A stretch of 63,772 nt of DNA, the filler included, from Octopus bimaculoides (Eukaryota), in the NCBI RefSeq assembly GCF_001194135.2. It is 8 parts of 8 records of this genome, joined end to end, with 100 filler letters (N's around TTAATTAATTAA, not from the genome) between each part and the next. Parts side by side here need not be neighbours in the genome. Positions count along the whole stretch, not along the records: positions 1 to 24,776 come from NC_068994.1; 7 more parts are not named here. The stretch is one strand, 5' to 3'. Below the pieces are notes generated by a model. That model did no database searches, was not told the origin of the DNA, and worked only from the letters and a program-made list of their open reading frames with translations. The position numbers and the translations under genes are program-made. Below are positions 1-11,700 of this stretch, in pieces. Position 1 is the stretch's first letter. Every line of letters begins with the position of its first letter.

Positions 1-533
1 ACACACACACGTAAATGCCGAACAATGTGAATGAGTGCTGAACACTGCATTTCTTTATTTGTGTATTAAGGCTACCATTGATTTCATGTTAAGAAAAATA
101 CCTTAATACCTCAACGATTTTTCAAGCCGATCACATGCAAGAATGGTATTCGTCTCCATTTTGGTTGAAAACACGAAATGTCTCCCTCGGGAATTCACAA
201 TTAATTCGCGTATGGAAATCAAGGGGCGCCACTCTTGGATGATACCTTTTGAGGGTTTATCTCCCTTGCATTTGACTTTTGAGGAAAAAAATCCGTGTTG
301 GACTGTGAATTTGTTTGTATTATATTATATTCTGGGTATGTGTGGTGTTCGTATGTTTGTGTTCAAAAGTAGTTCATGGGGTGGGGAGTATCTTCTATGT
401 GTGGAGTTCGTATGTTGTATATATTCGATGTTCACGTACAGGGAAAGAAATTATTCTGGTGGGATTGGTCGGAATGTAAAGTATTGCTTGTGTATGCAGG
501 GAGAGGTTTCATCCCTAATATCTAATATGTTGA

Positions 534-990
534 GTGGATGATATTTAGCTTTTCAGTGATACAGAGTTCGCATTTGGTACCCCGTCCCCTGTATTTTCTG
601 ACTTTAGCAATGGTGCTCCGCATTATCTAGGGGTTGCTTACTATTCCCTCTTTCAATGTCCATATATTAGATTGGAATGTCGCATGTCTTTTATTTTTGT
701 TCCTGAATGACGCCAGTTGTTGTGTATATCTTTGCTTGAACGAATTGCCCGTCATTTCGATATACGTCTTTGTTACTCCGTTGAGATCCATCATTTTGGG
801 CTTGTATATAAGTTCTTTTTCCAGAGTTATTTAGAGGACGGCAGTTTGGAGATTTACAATTACAGTGTCTTTCTGGGGTATTCCTGATGTTTTATTTCTA
901 TTGTTTTTGAGTATTATCGACCCTATATTCATGTATTTAGACCCGTATTTAATCATCTTTCCGATAAGTTAGGATGTAATTAACCTAACT
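534..990 (-). mobile_element. Penelope-like element remnant, GIY-YIG endonuclease C-terminus (frameshift, in-frame stop)
   Basis: Manual minus-strand translation: HCNCKSPNCRPLN / LEKELIYKPKMMDLNGVTKTYIEMTGNSFKQRY...IWTLKEG...*IMRSTIAKVRKYRGRGTKCELCITEKLNIIH. This shows the CNC..CPL, IY..YIG-like, FKQRY and CxLCxxEK motifs of PLE endonucleases. Confidence 0.8.
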
Positions 991-1163
991 TTCTGTTTAC
1001 GGTGTTATAGTGTGGGATGGGGTAGAAAAGTGGAACTTAGAAATATATAAAGTTTGGCATTTTTTCGAGAGTATTATTATTTAAAGTAAATTTTTTCGAG
1101 AGTGTTATTATTTAAAGTAAATCGTATCCTTGTCTATAACTTGTCATTTGACACGAGCAGCCT

Positions 1164-1344
1164 GTGTCGACCTCCTCAAGACAGGAGACAGGGATGTGCT
1201 TGGACGATTCTGGATCTGCGATGTGCTTTGGAAGATTTTGGATCTGCGAGGTATACCTCTTCAACTGATTGAGCTGATGGTGGTCTTGTACACCAGAAAA
1301 GTCAGTGCAGTTCGGATTGGGGGCTCAACTTTCGACTTTTTCCA
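1164..1344 (+). mobile_element. RTE-clade LINE reverse-transcriptase fragment
   Basis: VDLLK..DRDVL..VLWKILDLRGIPLQLIELMVVLYTRKVSAVRIGGSTFDFF resembles the RTE RT segment following the D-x-x-KAFD motif. Confidence 0.65.
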
Positions 1345-1640
1345 ATTAGATATATATATACATTCCCCCACACCACCAGTGAAAGATGAACAATTGTCTC
1401 CCTTGTCCACAATAATAACAATAAGCAATTACTTCCCCTTAGGTTTTTCTACTTGTTGAATCATCTATTCATAAACTCCACACACAATATGAACAAAAAA
1501 AATTTTTTCTTAAGAAAATACGTATGTTAATAAATTTTAATATCATGATTAGCAAAAGCAAAACCGGTTAACAAACACAATATAAGGTATATTAAAAATT
1601 ATATTAAAACTATGTAAAGCGTGTGCATTTTCTTTCTTTA

Positions 1641-1680
<40 letters not shown>

Positions 1681-1698
1681 TAATGCGAAAGGTATAAT

Positions 1699-1908
1699 TA
1701 TTAAATATTCATCACGGCTGGTCTTACCAAATGGTTTTGCGTAAAGAATGCAACATAGTGTTAGGTAACAAACCGATTATATAACTTCACGCTCATCAGA
1801 GTTAGCCGAAATGAGCGTAAAGTTATATAACTGGTTTGCTACCTAACACTCCATTGTATTCTTTACGTGAAACCGATTGGTAAGACCAGCCGTAATGGAT
1901 ATTTAATA
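1699..1908. repeat. Long inverted repeat (98-bp arms, 14-nt loop) made of two hammerhead-bearing repeat copies
   Basis: 1699-1796 is an imperfect reverse complement of 1811-1908; the loop is CAGAGTTAGCCGAA. Confidence 0.9.
1716..1807 (-). ncRNA. Type I hammerhead ribozyme, degenerate (G12A)
   Basis: GGCTAACT-CTGATGA-GCGTGAAG[~38 nt]CTTTACGC-AAAA-CCATTTGG-TA-AGACCAGCC. Stem II is 8 bp; the core GAAA reads AAAA. Confidence 0.7.
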
Positions 1909-2051
1909 CTATACATTTCGGATAATATACCTACTCAGCTAACAGATATATGAGTGCTTCTTTTCTTGGCTTATGGTCTCTTAGACGACTCACACACACA
2001 CATACACATACATGCATACATACATACACACACACACACATATACTCATTA

Positions 2052-2288
2052 CTCATTTACTTGTTTCAGTCATTTGACTGCGGCCATGCTGGAGCACCAC
2101 CTTTAGTCGAGCAAATCGACCCCAGGACTTATTATTCGTAAGCCTAGTACTTATTCTATCGGTCTCTTTTGCCGAACTGCTAGCTTACGGGGACGTAAAC
2201 ACGCCAGCATCGGTTGTCAAGCGATGTTGGGGAGGGGGGACAAACACAGACACACACACACATATATATATACACATACACACACACA

Positions 2289-2326
<38 letters not shown>
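2052..2326 (-). mobile_element. SINE family A (3' part, runs into gap)
   Basis: Near-identical to the complete copy at 20350-20755. Confidence 0.9.
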
Positions 2327-3390
2327 NNNNNNNNNNNNNNNNNNNNNNNNNNNNNNNNNNNNNNNNNNNNNNNNNNNNNNNNNNNNNNNNNNNNNNNNNN
2401 NNNNNNNNNNNNNNNNNNNNNNNNNNNNNNNNNNNNNNNNNNNNNNNNNNNNNNNNNNNNNNNNNNNNNNNNNNNNNNNNNNNNNNNNNNNNNNNNNNNN
2501 NNNNNNNNNNNNNNNNNNNNNNNNNNNNNNNNNNNNNNNNNNNNNNNNNNNNNNNNNNNNNNNNNNNNNNNNNNNNNNNNNNNNNNNNNNNNNNNNNNNN
2601 NNNNNNNNNNNNNNNNNNNNNNNNNNNNNNNNNNNNNNNNNNNNNNNNNNNNNNNNNNNNNNNNNNNNNNNNNNNNNNNNNNNNNNNNNNNNNNNNNNNN
2701 NNNNNNNNNNNNNNNNNNNNNNNNNNNNNNNNNNNNNNNNNNNNNNNNNNNNNNNNNNNNNNNNNNNNNNNNNNNNNNNNNNNNNNNNNNNNNNNNNNNN
2801 NNNNNNNNNNNNNNNNNNNNNNNNNNNNNNNNNNNNNNNNNNNNNNNNNNNNNNNNNNNNNNNNNNNNNNNNNNNNNNNNNNNNNNNNNNNNNNNNNNNN
2901 NNNNNNNNNNNNNNNNNNNNNNNNNNNNNNNNNNNNNNNNNNNNNNNNNNNNNNNNNNNNNNNNNNNNNNNNNNNNNNNNNNNNNNNNNNNNNNNNNNNN
3001 NNNNNNNNNNNNNNNNNNNNNNNNNNNNNNNNNNNNNNNNNNNNNNNNNNNNNNNNNNNNNNNNNNNNNNNNNNNNNNNNNNNNNNNNNNNNNNNNNNNN
3101 NNNNNNNNNNNNNNNNNNNNNNNNNNNNNNNNNNNNNNNNNNNNNNNNNNNNNNNNNNNNNNNNNNNNNNNNNNNNNNNNNNNNNNNNNNNNNNNNNNNN
3201 NNNNNNNNNNNNNNNNNNNNNNNNNNNNNNNNNNNNNNNNNNNNNNNNNNNNNNNNNNNNNNNNNNNNNNNNNNNNNCATTAATCTTATTTCATTTTATA
3301 TGCTTACTGAATTGATTTTTGCCTACATAGATGGCCGCACTTCTTAATTCTCTGGATTCTGGAAGTTTAGTGACTGTGTTATCTACTAGA

Positions 3391-3769
3391 GTGGAGGCGC
3401 AATGACCCAGTGGTTAGGGCAGCGGACTCGTGGCCATAGGATCGCGGTTCGATTCCCAAACCGGGCGTTGTGAGTGTTTATTGAGCGAAAACACCTAATA
3501 GCTCCACAAGGCTCCGGCAGGGGATAGTGGCGAACACTGCTGTACTCTTTCACCACAACTTTCTCTCACTCTTACTTCCTGTTTCTGTTGTGCCTGTAAT
3601 TCAAAGGGTCAGCCTTGTCACACTGTGTCACGCTGAATATCCCCGAGAAATACGTTAAGGGTTCACGTATCTGTGGAGTGCTCAGCCACTTGCACGTTAA
3701 TTTCACGAGCAGGCTGCTTCGGATCAACTGGAACCCTCGACGTCGTAAGCGACGGAGTGCCAACAACAA
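3391..3769 (+). mobile_element. tRNA-derived SINE (family T), full length, 11-bp TSD
   Basis: A-box-like TGACCCAGTGG, B-box GGTTCGATTCC and (CAA)n tail. TATCTACTAGA lies at 3380-3390 and 3770-3780. Confidence 0.9.
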
Positions 3770-3804
3770 TATCTACTAGATAACTTAAACAAAACAGAGA
3801 GATA

Positions 3805-3953
3805 ATACTTATCTCCACTTAACCGTAGATGTTCTTTACAGAGGTAAAGAAATTTTCGTATAGGCTTTTTGATGCAAAACTCTCGTCTCATAGCAACTAC
3901 TTAAGTAAAATCTGTTCTAATAGAACATCCACGTTTAAGTGGAGATAAATATT
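3805..3953. mobile_element. MITE-like element with ~35-bp terminal inverted repeats
   Basis: AATACTTATCTCCACTTAACCGTAGATGTTC versus GAACATCCACGTTTAAGTGGAGATAAATATT. Confidence 0.55.
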
Positions 3954-5098
3954 ACTTCTCAGTATTAACACGTACTGCCTCTGTTGCTAATATATGTTTT
4001 CCACACAAAACAGTCTCAACTTATTGAAATTTGCCTGGTTTGTCTGACAAAGGGACATAACCGTGTAATTATTAGTTATTCAAACATTTAAATTATAAAT
4101 TTTATACTACTTTTGAAAAGATTCTGGCAAATATTTGATAAATTTTGACAAAAACACAAAAATGTAAAAGTTTTTCTTTTATTTGTAAGGAAATTTTCTC
4201 TACCGAATATGATTTAAATAGCTATTAGTTTTGACAATGTAGTTACGCAAATATATCATAAAATATAACTTAATTTAATAAACAAAATGTATGCTTTATA
4301 TTCTAATATACTTATTTCAGACAGTACTGTTTTAGTTATGTATCAAAACATCGCGAAGACACTGAAAACTTATTTGCCAATTTTTTAAAGCAACAATGAC
4401 AAATCTTAGGATATAAAAGCAATTGTTTCGTTTCGCTGAAAATATTTTCCGTGTTGACTTTTCATTTTGTACAGTTCTACAAACTTCGGCATTTGTATCT
4501 TTAAATGATCGTAGAAGAAATGAAATTATGATAATTTTAGAAAAACTTCTTCCCTCTTTAAATAAATTTATCAAAAGCTTTGATAATATATGGTGTTCTT
4601 TAGATATTGTTGTGAAACATTCTATATTTTACTTAAATTATTTTTTTGCTGTGCACAACCATTATTGTTACATATCTTATAAAATTATGTGAAAACCACT
4701 TTCAATTATATATTCATTGAACTTTAAATAATTTTATATTACAATTAAGTGGTTTTATTATAACTATGTATATAATTTAGTTTTAATTATAATTATTGTT
4801 TTCGTAAAAATCTCCGCTCCACTTTTTCATTAAAGTTAGAAAAGTAGGTGCGCATGCTCAGAAGTAAAGAGATTAATTCTTGTTAGTCTTATGTAAAAAC
4901 TTCTTAACTATTTCGTTAACTTGAAATTACTTGAGCTTCTTTTGACCATTTAACACCGAAAACGGATCGCTACCACTTCTCAGGTAACTCTGGAAATAAC
5001 CAACAATTTTATTATCCACTGGGAGGGGGTTTTAAACAGGAAAATAATTACAACTAATGCAAAAATAGGGCGTTTGAATTGCAGTTTGTTAACAAAAT

Positions 5099-6440
5099 AT
5101 GCCCGACTCTCCTCAAACGAGATCGAGTCGAAATAACAGAGGACATCAAAGAGTTTGCCGTGTGTCCAGATCTAATCGCAGCGGGCGCTCCTCTCGCGTA
5201 CAGCAGACTTCGTCGTCATCATCGTCTTCGTTGTCTTCTTGTTCGTCAAGTAATTCACCTTTGACCCATACTTCCAGTATAAACACACTCAGTGGTAACG
5301 CTGCTGCTTGTGGGGTCACCAGCTTCACCAACACTAATTTATCTCCGCCTCCTCCGCCGTACTATCCAAATCATACCAACAGTTCTGTGGGTCTCGGAGG
5401 TTTCTGTCCTGTTTCATCCACTTCTGGCACTGCAGTGACCTTAAACGGTGTCGGACCGGCCATTCAATTACCGCAGTACACTGTACATCCGTGTCATTAC
5501 GCTCTGCCGCCCTACTCCAGCGCAATTGCCCTCACGCCTACCAACAACTCTGCCGTTACGTCGCACGTCACGTCTAGACCGTCGTCGAATTCCTCAGCTA
5601 CAGCCACCATGACCACATCGCCTTTCTACGGGGGTGTAGGTGCACCCCCACCACCGCCGTCTTACACTGCTCTGCCGAGAGTCAGCAGTGGACATCACCA
5701 CCACCGCCATCACACTAGTGCCAACGCGAACAGTAACAATAACAACAACAGCAACAACAGACACCACTATAGCGGTAGCGGTAATAATAACAGTAGCAAT
5801 AACAACCACCATCATCATCACAACAACAATAATGCAATGAACACGGGTTCAAATGCTTCTACTGCTGTCACGTCCGCCAGTTCTGTTTCATCTTCAAGTA
5901 CCACACTGAGTTTGGGTAACAGCGGAGGAGGCGGCGGTGGTGGTGGTAGTAGTGGTGGTGGCGGTCATTCGTCGTCTTCTCTGGCATCTTTTTCTGTCGG
6001 TCACCATGGCTACCACCATTTGTCGTCGGCACCGTCGTCCACTGGGGGTGGTGGCGGCGGCGGCGGTGGTCTCTTTTCGTCGGCCGCTTCGGCTGCGGCA
6101 TTCATCTCTTCTGGGCACCATCACAACCATCGACGACTGCTAAAGCATCGCGAGCGTAACATACTCTCAGCTGTGGTCAGTATGCTAGTCATTGTGGTTT
6201 TGTGCACGGCCCTCGTTGAACCCAATTGGATTGCCGTATCGGGAGGTGGCTGCAAGGAGAAACACCTCGGAGTTTACCAGTTCTTTTATCCCGGCTATTT
6301 CCTTGATCATCGGGCATCGTTACCAATGAACATAGAAAGCAACAGCCAGACTGCCGTCGAGGTCATGGTACCAAATGAAGAGAAATCCAATAAAATGGTA
6401 ACCGGATTTAGTTACAAATATGGACCGGGTAATGACGAAG
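5099..6440 (+). CDS. TMEM127: Transmembrane protein 127 orthologue, coding exon 1 (long low-complexity N-terminus + TM1)
   Basis: RERNILSAVVSMLVIVVLCTALVEPNWIAVSGGGCKEKHLGV aligns with human [41 protein letters not shown] (recalled). Donor AG|GTAATT at 6441, phase 1. Confidence 0.9.
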
Positions 6441-7724
6441 GTAATTATATCAAATATTGTTTTCGTTATTATTAGCTTTCAGTAGCAGAATCGTGAAAAA
6501 GTAACAAAATTGGTTGAGCATTGTTATTTAGGTGCGTGCCTTTACAGTTCAGATCCCGCAAGTGTCAACTTTGATTTCATTTTTTCCCTTTTCAGAGTCC
6601 GGTCGATAAAATCGACTCCCCCTTTTGTCTCAAGGTTTCTAATCTTGTGTCTGTATAAGAAATTATTAACGTTGTAACAATTATTTAATAAAGAAACAAT
6701 TATTAATTATTGCTTTTCCCTAAAAGTTATCTAGCTTTCAGAATCCGTTTCGCAAAATGACAACTTGAAGTGACCGCAGTACAAATAAAATTTTGATATT
6801 TTCAGTTGTAGACATTTTATTTATTTTATTGTAAGCATTAAAAGAAACAAAATTAACCTTACATTATATTTTAAAATTGGAAAGAAAAATGTTTAGCTCC
6901 ATCTTTATACTGTTAGAAAGCCTCTATTAACTGTAACCTTGACACAATAAATTTCTTGTGTTGAAAGTAGTGATGAGTTTAGCTGAAATAGAAAAATTAG
7001 TGTCGACCCCTCTAATTTCTGTTTAAATCCAGCTTTGGGTTGTTTACTTTTAGGGTCAATAGAATAATACCAGTAATTTCTTAAGAGTCAATTCAGTAGA
7101 CTGTACTATTTCCCCAACAACGTCTACCTTGGCAGAAGCTGGTTCTCGTTGTCTCACTAGAGATGAAATGTAAAATTTACTGGTGCACTTCGCATAAGTT
7201 AAACTAAATTCTAGCTTATTTCATTTATACTTTTGTTTGACAATGTTATGAATGACATACTTTTCAGGCCACTCAAAACATTAGTATAGATTTTCTAAGA
7301 TCTTAAATTATATGTTATTGACAGACAGCCTTCGATTTTTCTTTTATTCATAATAGTTTTCAACCCAATATTCACTAGATATTGTCTATAGTTTATCATC
7401 TACTTCGAGTTCCATTATTCCCATAAAGACTTAAATTATATTTTTAATAATTGACGATGCACCTGTTTGGGAATCACTGCTCCTAGGGGGTCACTATTCT
7501 TGTTAGAAATAAAGAGGCTATTTTCTATGAAATCACTGATCCGTTTTAAAAAGTGGAGTTGTGTTTATCTAGAATTATATTTCTGCTTCAAAAATTTCTA
7601 GCCTTGTCTCTATAAGAAATTATATCACACCAATGTGTTGGGAGAACTTATGAATGTCACAGACTTTGCTTCTCAAAAAATCTGAGGTTTCGTTATTTTG
7701 TAAGAAATTATTAAAGGGCAGCAA

Positions 7725-7950
7725 GCTGGCAGAATTATTATAGTGTTGGACAAAATACTTAGCAGCATTTGTTCTGACTCTTTACATTCTGAGTTCAAAT
7801 CTCACCAAGATCAACTTTGCTTTTTATCCTTATGGAGTGGGGGTTGATGAAATAACGTACCAGTCAAGTACTGGGAGTACTGGGGGTTGATGGTATCAAC
7901 TAACCTCCACCACTTAATGTTGCAGGCCTTGTGACTAAATTCGTAACATT
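7725..7950 (+). mobile_element. SINE family B, diverged
   Basis: AGCTGGCAGAA head and TTCTGAGTTCAAAT...ACTTTGCTTTTTATCC...AATAACGTACCAGT body, as in the copy at 18831-19052. Confidence 0.75.
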
Positions 7951-8788
7951 ATTATTGTTGGATGAGAGTGGTGAGTGATGAATTGGTAGTATACATCGTA
8001 TGCTGAGCAAAATGACTTGTAGTGTTAAGTTGCATCCTTTTATGAATTCACATTTTGCCAAAGTTGACTTTACCTTTTCCCCTTTCCTGGGTCAATAAGA
8101 TCAGTACAAGTCTGGTACTGGAGTTCTGTTTAATCATCTCTTCCTTCAGGTTCCTCTTCGAGAGAAAGGTGCTGCCGCCCTCCAGTAAGATGAAATGGCA
8201 AGCATACACCCTGAATGGATGAGCCTTCCCTCAGCATGCAGCTTTATGCTGGAGATCACAGCTGAGAGTGGCACTTGCTCTTGGTAACCCAGCATTTGTA
8301 GGTCCTTTGGATATTTCCAATTAGTTGTTCTTTTACTGCAACAGCTTATTTCATTCAGTACTTGTCTTACTTAGAACTCTCTGTATAACCTTCCTCTTCA
8401 CAGACACACATTCTCATTTTATAGTTCATCCTTGTAATGTCAACTATTCTTTTCTCTAATAATCAATTGTTCTTTTCCATAATAGGTCTTGTCATCATCT
8501 TATGTTAGAATTAGCCTAGGTAATACATCTAATGGAATGCCAGCTATATTTCTTTTAGCTCTTTACACTTTGCATTCAAGTCCCACTGAGGTCAAATTTG
8601 CCTTTTACCCCACATCTTGGTCCATAAATAAAGTACTGGTCTGTCAACTTCAGTTGTTAGTATTTACTAACCTTTACCTTAAAAATCACTGGCCTTTTTT
8701 TATTAGGCCCCTCTCTGAGTGAACCAATCTGTAAAGATAAGTGTATAGCGATAAATATGCATAACATAATTCCTTTGTGATGTTGATT

Positions 8789-9673
8789 CTAATAGTTAGT
8801 GTAAAATATATACATGTAGTGATCACATGTAGAAAAACATCTCTGAATGTTTACATTCATTAACTGTTGGAGAATGCAATGAATTATGAAGACGTGATTA
8901 AATTCTATCCATCTGGCAACAAAACCCTGGGATATGCCAGTCATAGACGGTGCTCCATCAGTGCATATTGATATGAGGTTGAGGGGATCAATGCCATTTT
9001 TAGTAAGATAATTCACGACTGCATTGTAGATCATCTCTTCCGTGTTTTTCAGTACAGTTTTCATAAAGAGTAGGTTTTCACAAACTGTGGTACCTTTCAC
9101 ATAGCGAGCAAAGGCAAGGACAACATATTTATTGTCAAAAGTGCTGTCATCCACCGTCAACGAGAATCTGCAGTGTCGCAAGTCTTCTACAACTATGGAT
9201 TCGACATCTTCGGCCATTTCACAAATGCGGGAAGATACAGTGTTGTTTGAAAGTGGAATACTTGCTAAAACTGAGGCAGCATTCAGCACATTAGCAACTT
9301 TATATGCTTCAAGTATGGAGGGCTTAATCAGATCTTCACCAATGGTATGTGGGTGACCCTGTTTTGCTATCATGAGCGAAATGTTATAGGCTGCCTGCAG
9401 ATCAGAACGGTTGTTAGTATGGACAAGGAAATTTTTGAGTGATGAAGATGAGACATTTTTTTGTGATGGTATTCTTCGAAGTATTCCTTTGGCTTGCCAA
9501 ATAAACCAGGAGGGTTTCATTGAGTTGTTAGTTAATACTTTTGAGCAGATAATACACTATGGTAAAAAAGGATCTTCAATACTGGATACAAAACCATATT
9601 TGATATAATCTTCATGATATTGTCTACAGAATCTTTTTTCTGAGTCGGTGGAATTAAGGGAACGTTTTTCCAT
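8789..9673 (-). pseudogene. hAT (Buster/ZBED5-like) transposase, truncated, with in-frame stop
   Basis: ATG at 9673; RQYHEDYIKYGF..P*CIICSKVLTNNSMKPS; HTIGEDLIKP; PLSNNTVSSRI; FSLTVDDST; ICTDGAPSMTG; HCIL. TAG at 9557-9559. Confidence 0.9.
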
Positions 9674-10023
9674 ATCACTGACAGTAAAATTTCTGCAGAT
9701 TACAGTTAGACTAACACTTGCGTAAAAATGTACGTACCTGGAGAGATAATACGATATGTTGGATAAGCTGTAAGAACTGTGGTTTCGTTAGAAATCCTCA
9801 ATTCAAAAGTCAGGTAGAAAACACAGTTTTATGTGTGCTTTTAATGCGTACAAACATTGATCCGATTGTATGCGTCTGTACCTGTTTGGTACAAATCCGT
9901 GTATGATTGAATAGCTAATCATCCAATAGGTAATGAGTGCACTCGTATGTGCTCACACATATGCGATGAGGCATATTTCATTTGCACGACATGTGCGTGT
10001 ACAGAAAAATTAAAATTCTTCAG

Positions 10024-10085
10024 GTGGACCACAGAAAATTTTCCTGTGGTCCACATGGACCAGGTTGGGAACCCCTGATCTACAT
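10024..10085 (-). mobile_element. 5' terminus of the Buster-type hAT element (TIR, subterminal palindrome, target site)
   Basis: The reverse complement of 10061-10077 is CAGGGGTTCCCAACCTG. The flank ATCTACAT fits nnnTAnnn. There is a near-perfect palindrome at 10024-10054. Confidence 0.75.
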
Positions 10086-10691
10086 TATGTTTAGATTAGT
10101 TTCCTCTCCAGTCACTATTAGGTGTCTTATTCCTTGATGTGTACATAGCACCAGAGCAGATTTGAATATTTCTTAACTAAAGGAATTAAATTTCATATCC
10201 TCTACTCTGCTGACATATGTACAATTCACATCCTGGAATAAAACATCTGATATTGAGTGGATATCAAACTAATCAAAATATAATATAGATTTTAACATTA
10301 AGCAAGGGTTTCTCTTTAAAATGATGTTAAAAGTGAAACGTTATGTTTGTATGTTGCAAGAATTAATGTTAATGCATGGGGCATTAAATATGTTAACACT
10401 AGCTGGTAGGGTGGTCCAAAATTTAGATTCTGAATTTAGTTTTAATCATATTAAGGAGTAGAACATACAATTTCCTGTAAGTCAAACCACCTCATGGTCC
10501 CAGCAGGCAAAATGGAAAAGGCATTGCCCCAGAGGATGGTGAGGGAAATGCTCTGGAACAGCCTCTTGACTCAAGGGGCTTGCACTTGCAGACAGCCATT
10601 TCCGCCCCGATCACAGTGATCAAGGATATAGTTTGGGGACCAAGAATGCTGCAGGTCTCCACTGCCACAGATTCGACAGAATCTTTTATCG

Positions 10692-11078
10692 TTTACTTGT
10701 TTCAGTCATTTGACTGCAGCCATGCCAGAGCACTTCCTTGAAGGGTTTCAGTCAAACAAATCAACTCCAGAACTTTTTTTTTTAAGGTCTAGTACTTATC
10801 CTATTGGTCTCTTTTGCTGGACCACTAAGGTAGGGGAAGTAACACACAAACACCAGTTGTCAAGAAGTGGTGGGAGACAAACATAGACACACACACACAC
10901 ACACACATACATACACGATGGGCTTCTTTCAGTTTCCATCTACCAATTACACTCACAAAGGTTTGGTCAGCCTGAGGCTATAGTAGAAGACCCTTGTCCA
11001 AGGTGTCATGCTGTAGGGCTAGACCCTGAGCCATATGGTTAGGAAGTGAGCTTCTGACCGCACAGCCTCACCAGCACC
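10692..11078 (-). mobile_element. SINE family A, diverged full copy in TMEM127 intron 1
   Basis: Colinear with 20350-20755. Confidence 0.85.
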
Positions 11079-11700
11079 TATTTTCTTTTTTTCTTCCTTT
11101 TCAGCTTAGGTGGCTAATACAATAAGAACTAGTAATATATTGAGGCCCATTCATTCACCTTGACTGACTGACTGACTCCTTTTATGTAATTTCCTTTTGG
11201 ATTTAATCAGTGTAAATCAATAATTTGTGGTAAAACATTGCATGTAAAACATTATTAACAGGAAACACAAGCAATGGTTGTTGATGAGATTTAGATCCAG
11301 GTCAGCTTTATTTGAGGAGACCTACAATCAAAGGTAGTCCAACCATGACCAATTAGTTTTTATTGAAACAGCATATCCAGGACATTATTATCAAATATGT
11401 CACTCCTCTTTTGAGATGGTAGAGTGTTGATTGAATGTAATTTGGGCACCATTTCTAGCAAATTGTGTGGCAACACAGAGAATTCTCTTGTCTCAATTAA
11501 CAATAGTATGCAAATATGGTAAGATGCCAACTGTGGCGGCAAGGTCAAAATTGTTCATTTTTAGTATGTCCATAATCAAGTTGCTTATCTAATTGAATGA
11601 TATAGTTATTCTTGTACATGTCTTATTAGCCAAAGCAGAAATAGATTTCCCACTTATTTTATCTTCTGTAAATATGGTCATCACACACATTAGTGAGATG

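Noticed and set aside
3391-3470. tRNA gene
   Set aside because: The A/B boxes belong to SINE heads that continue into SINE bodies; there is no complete cloverleaf or terminator.
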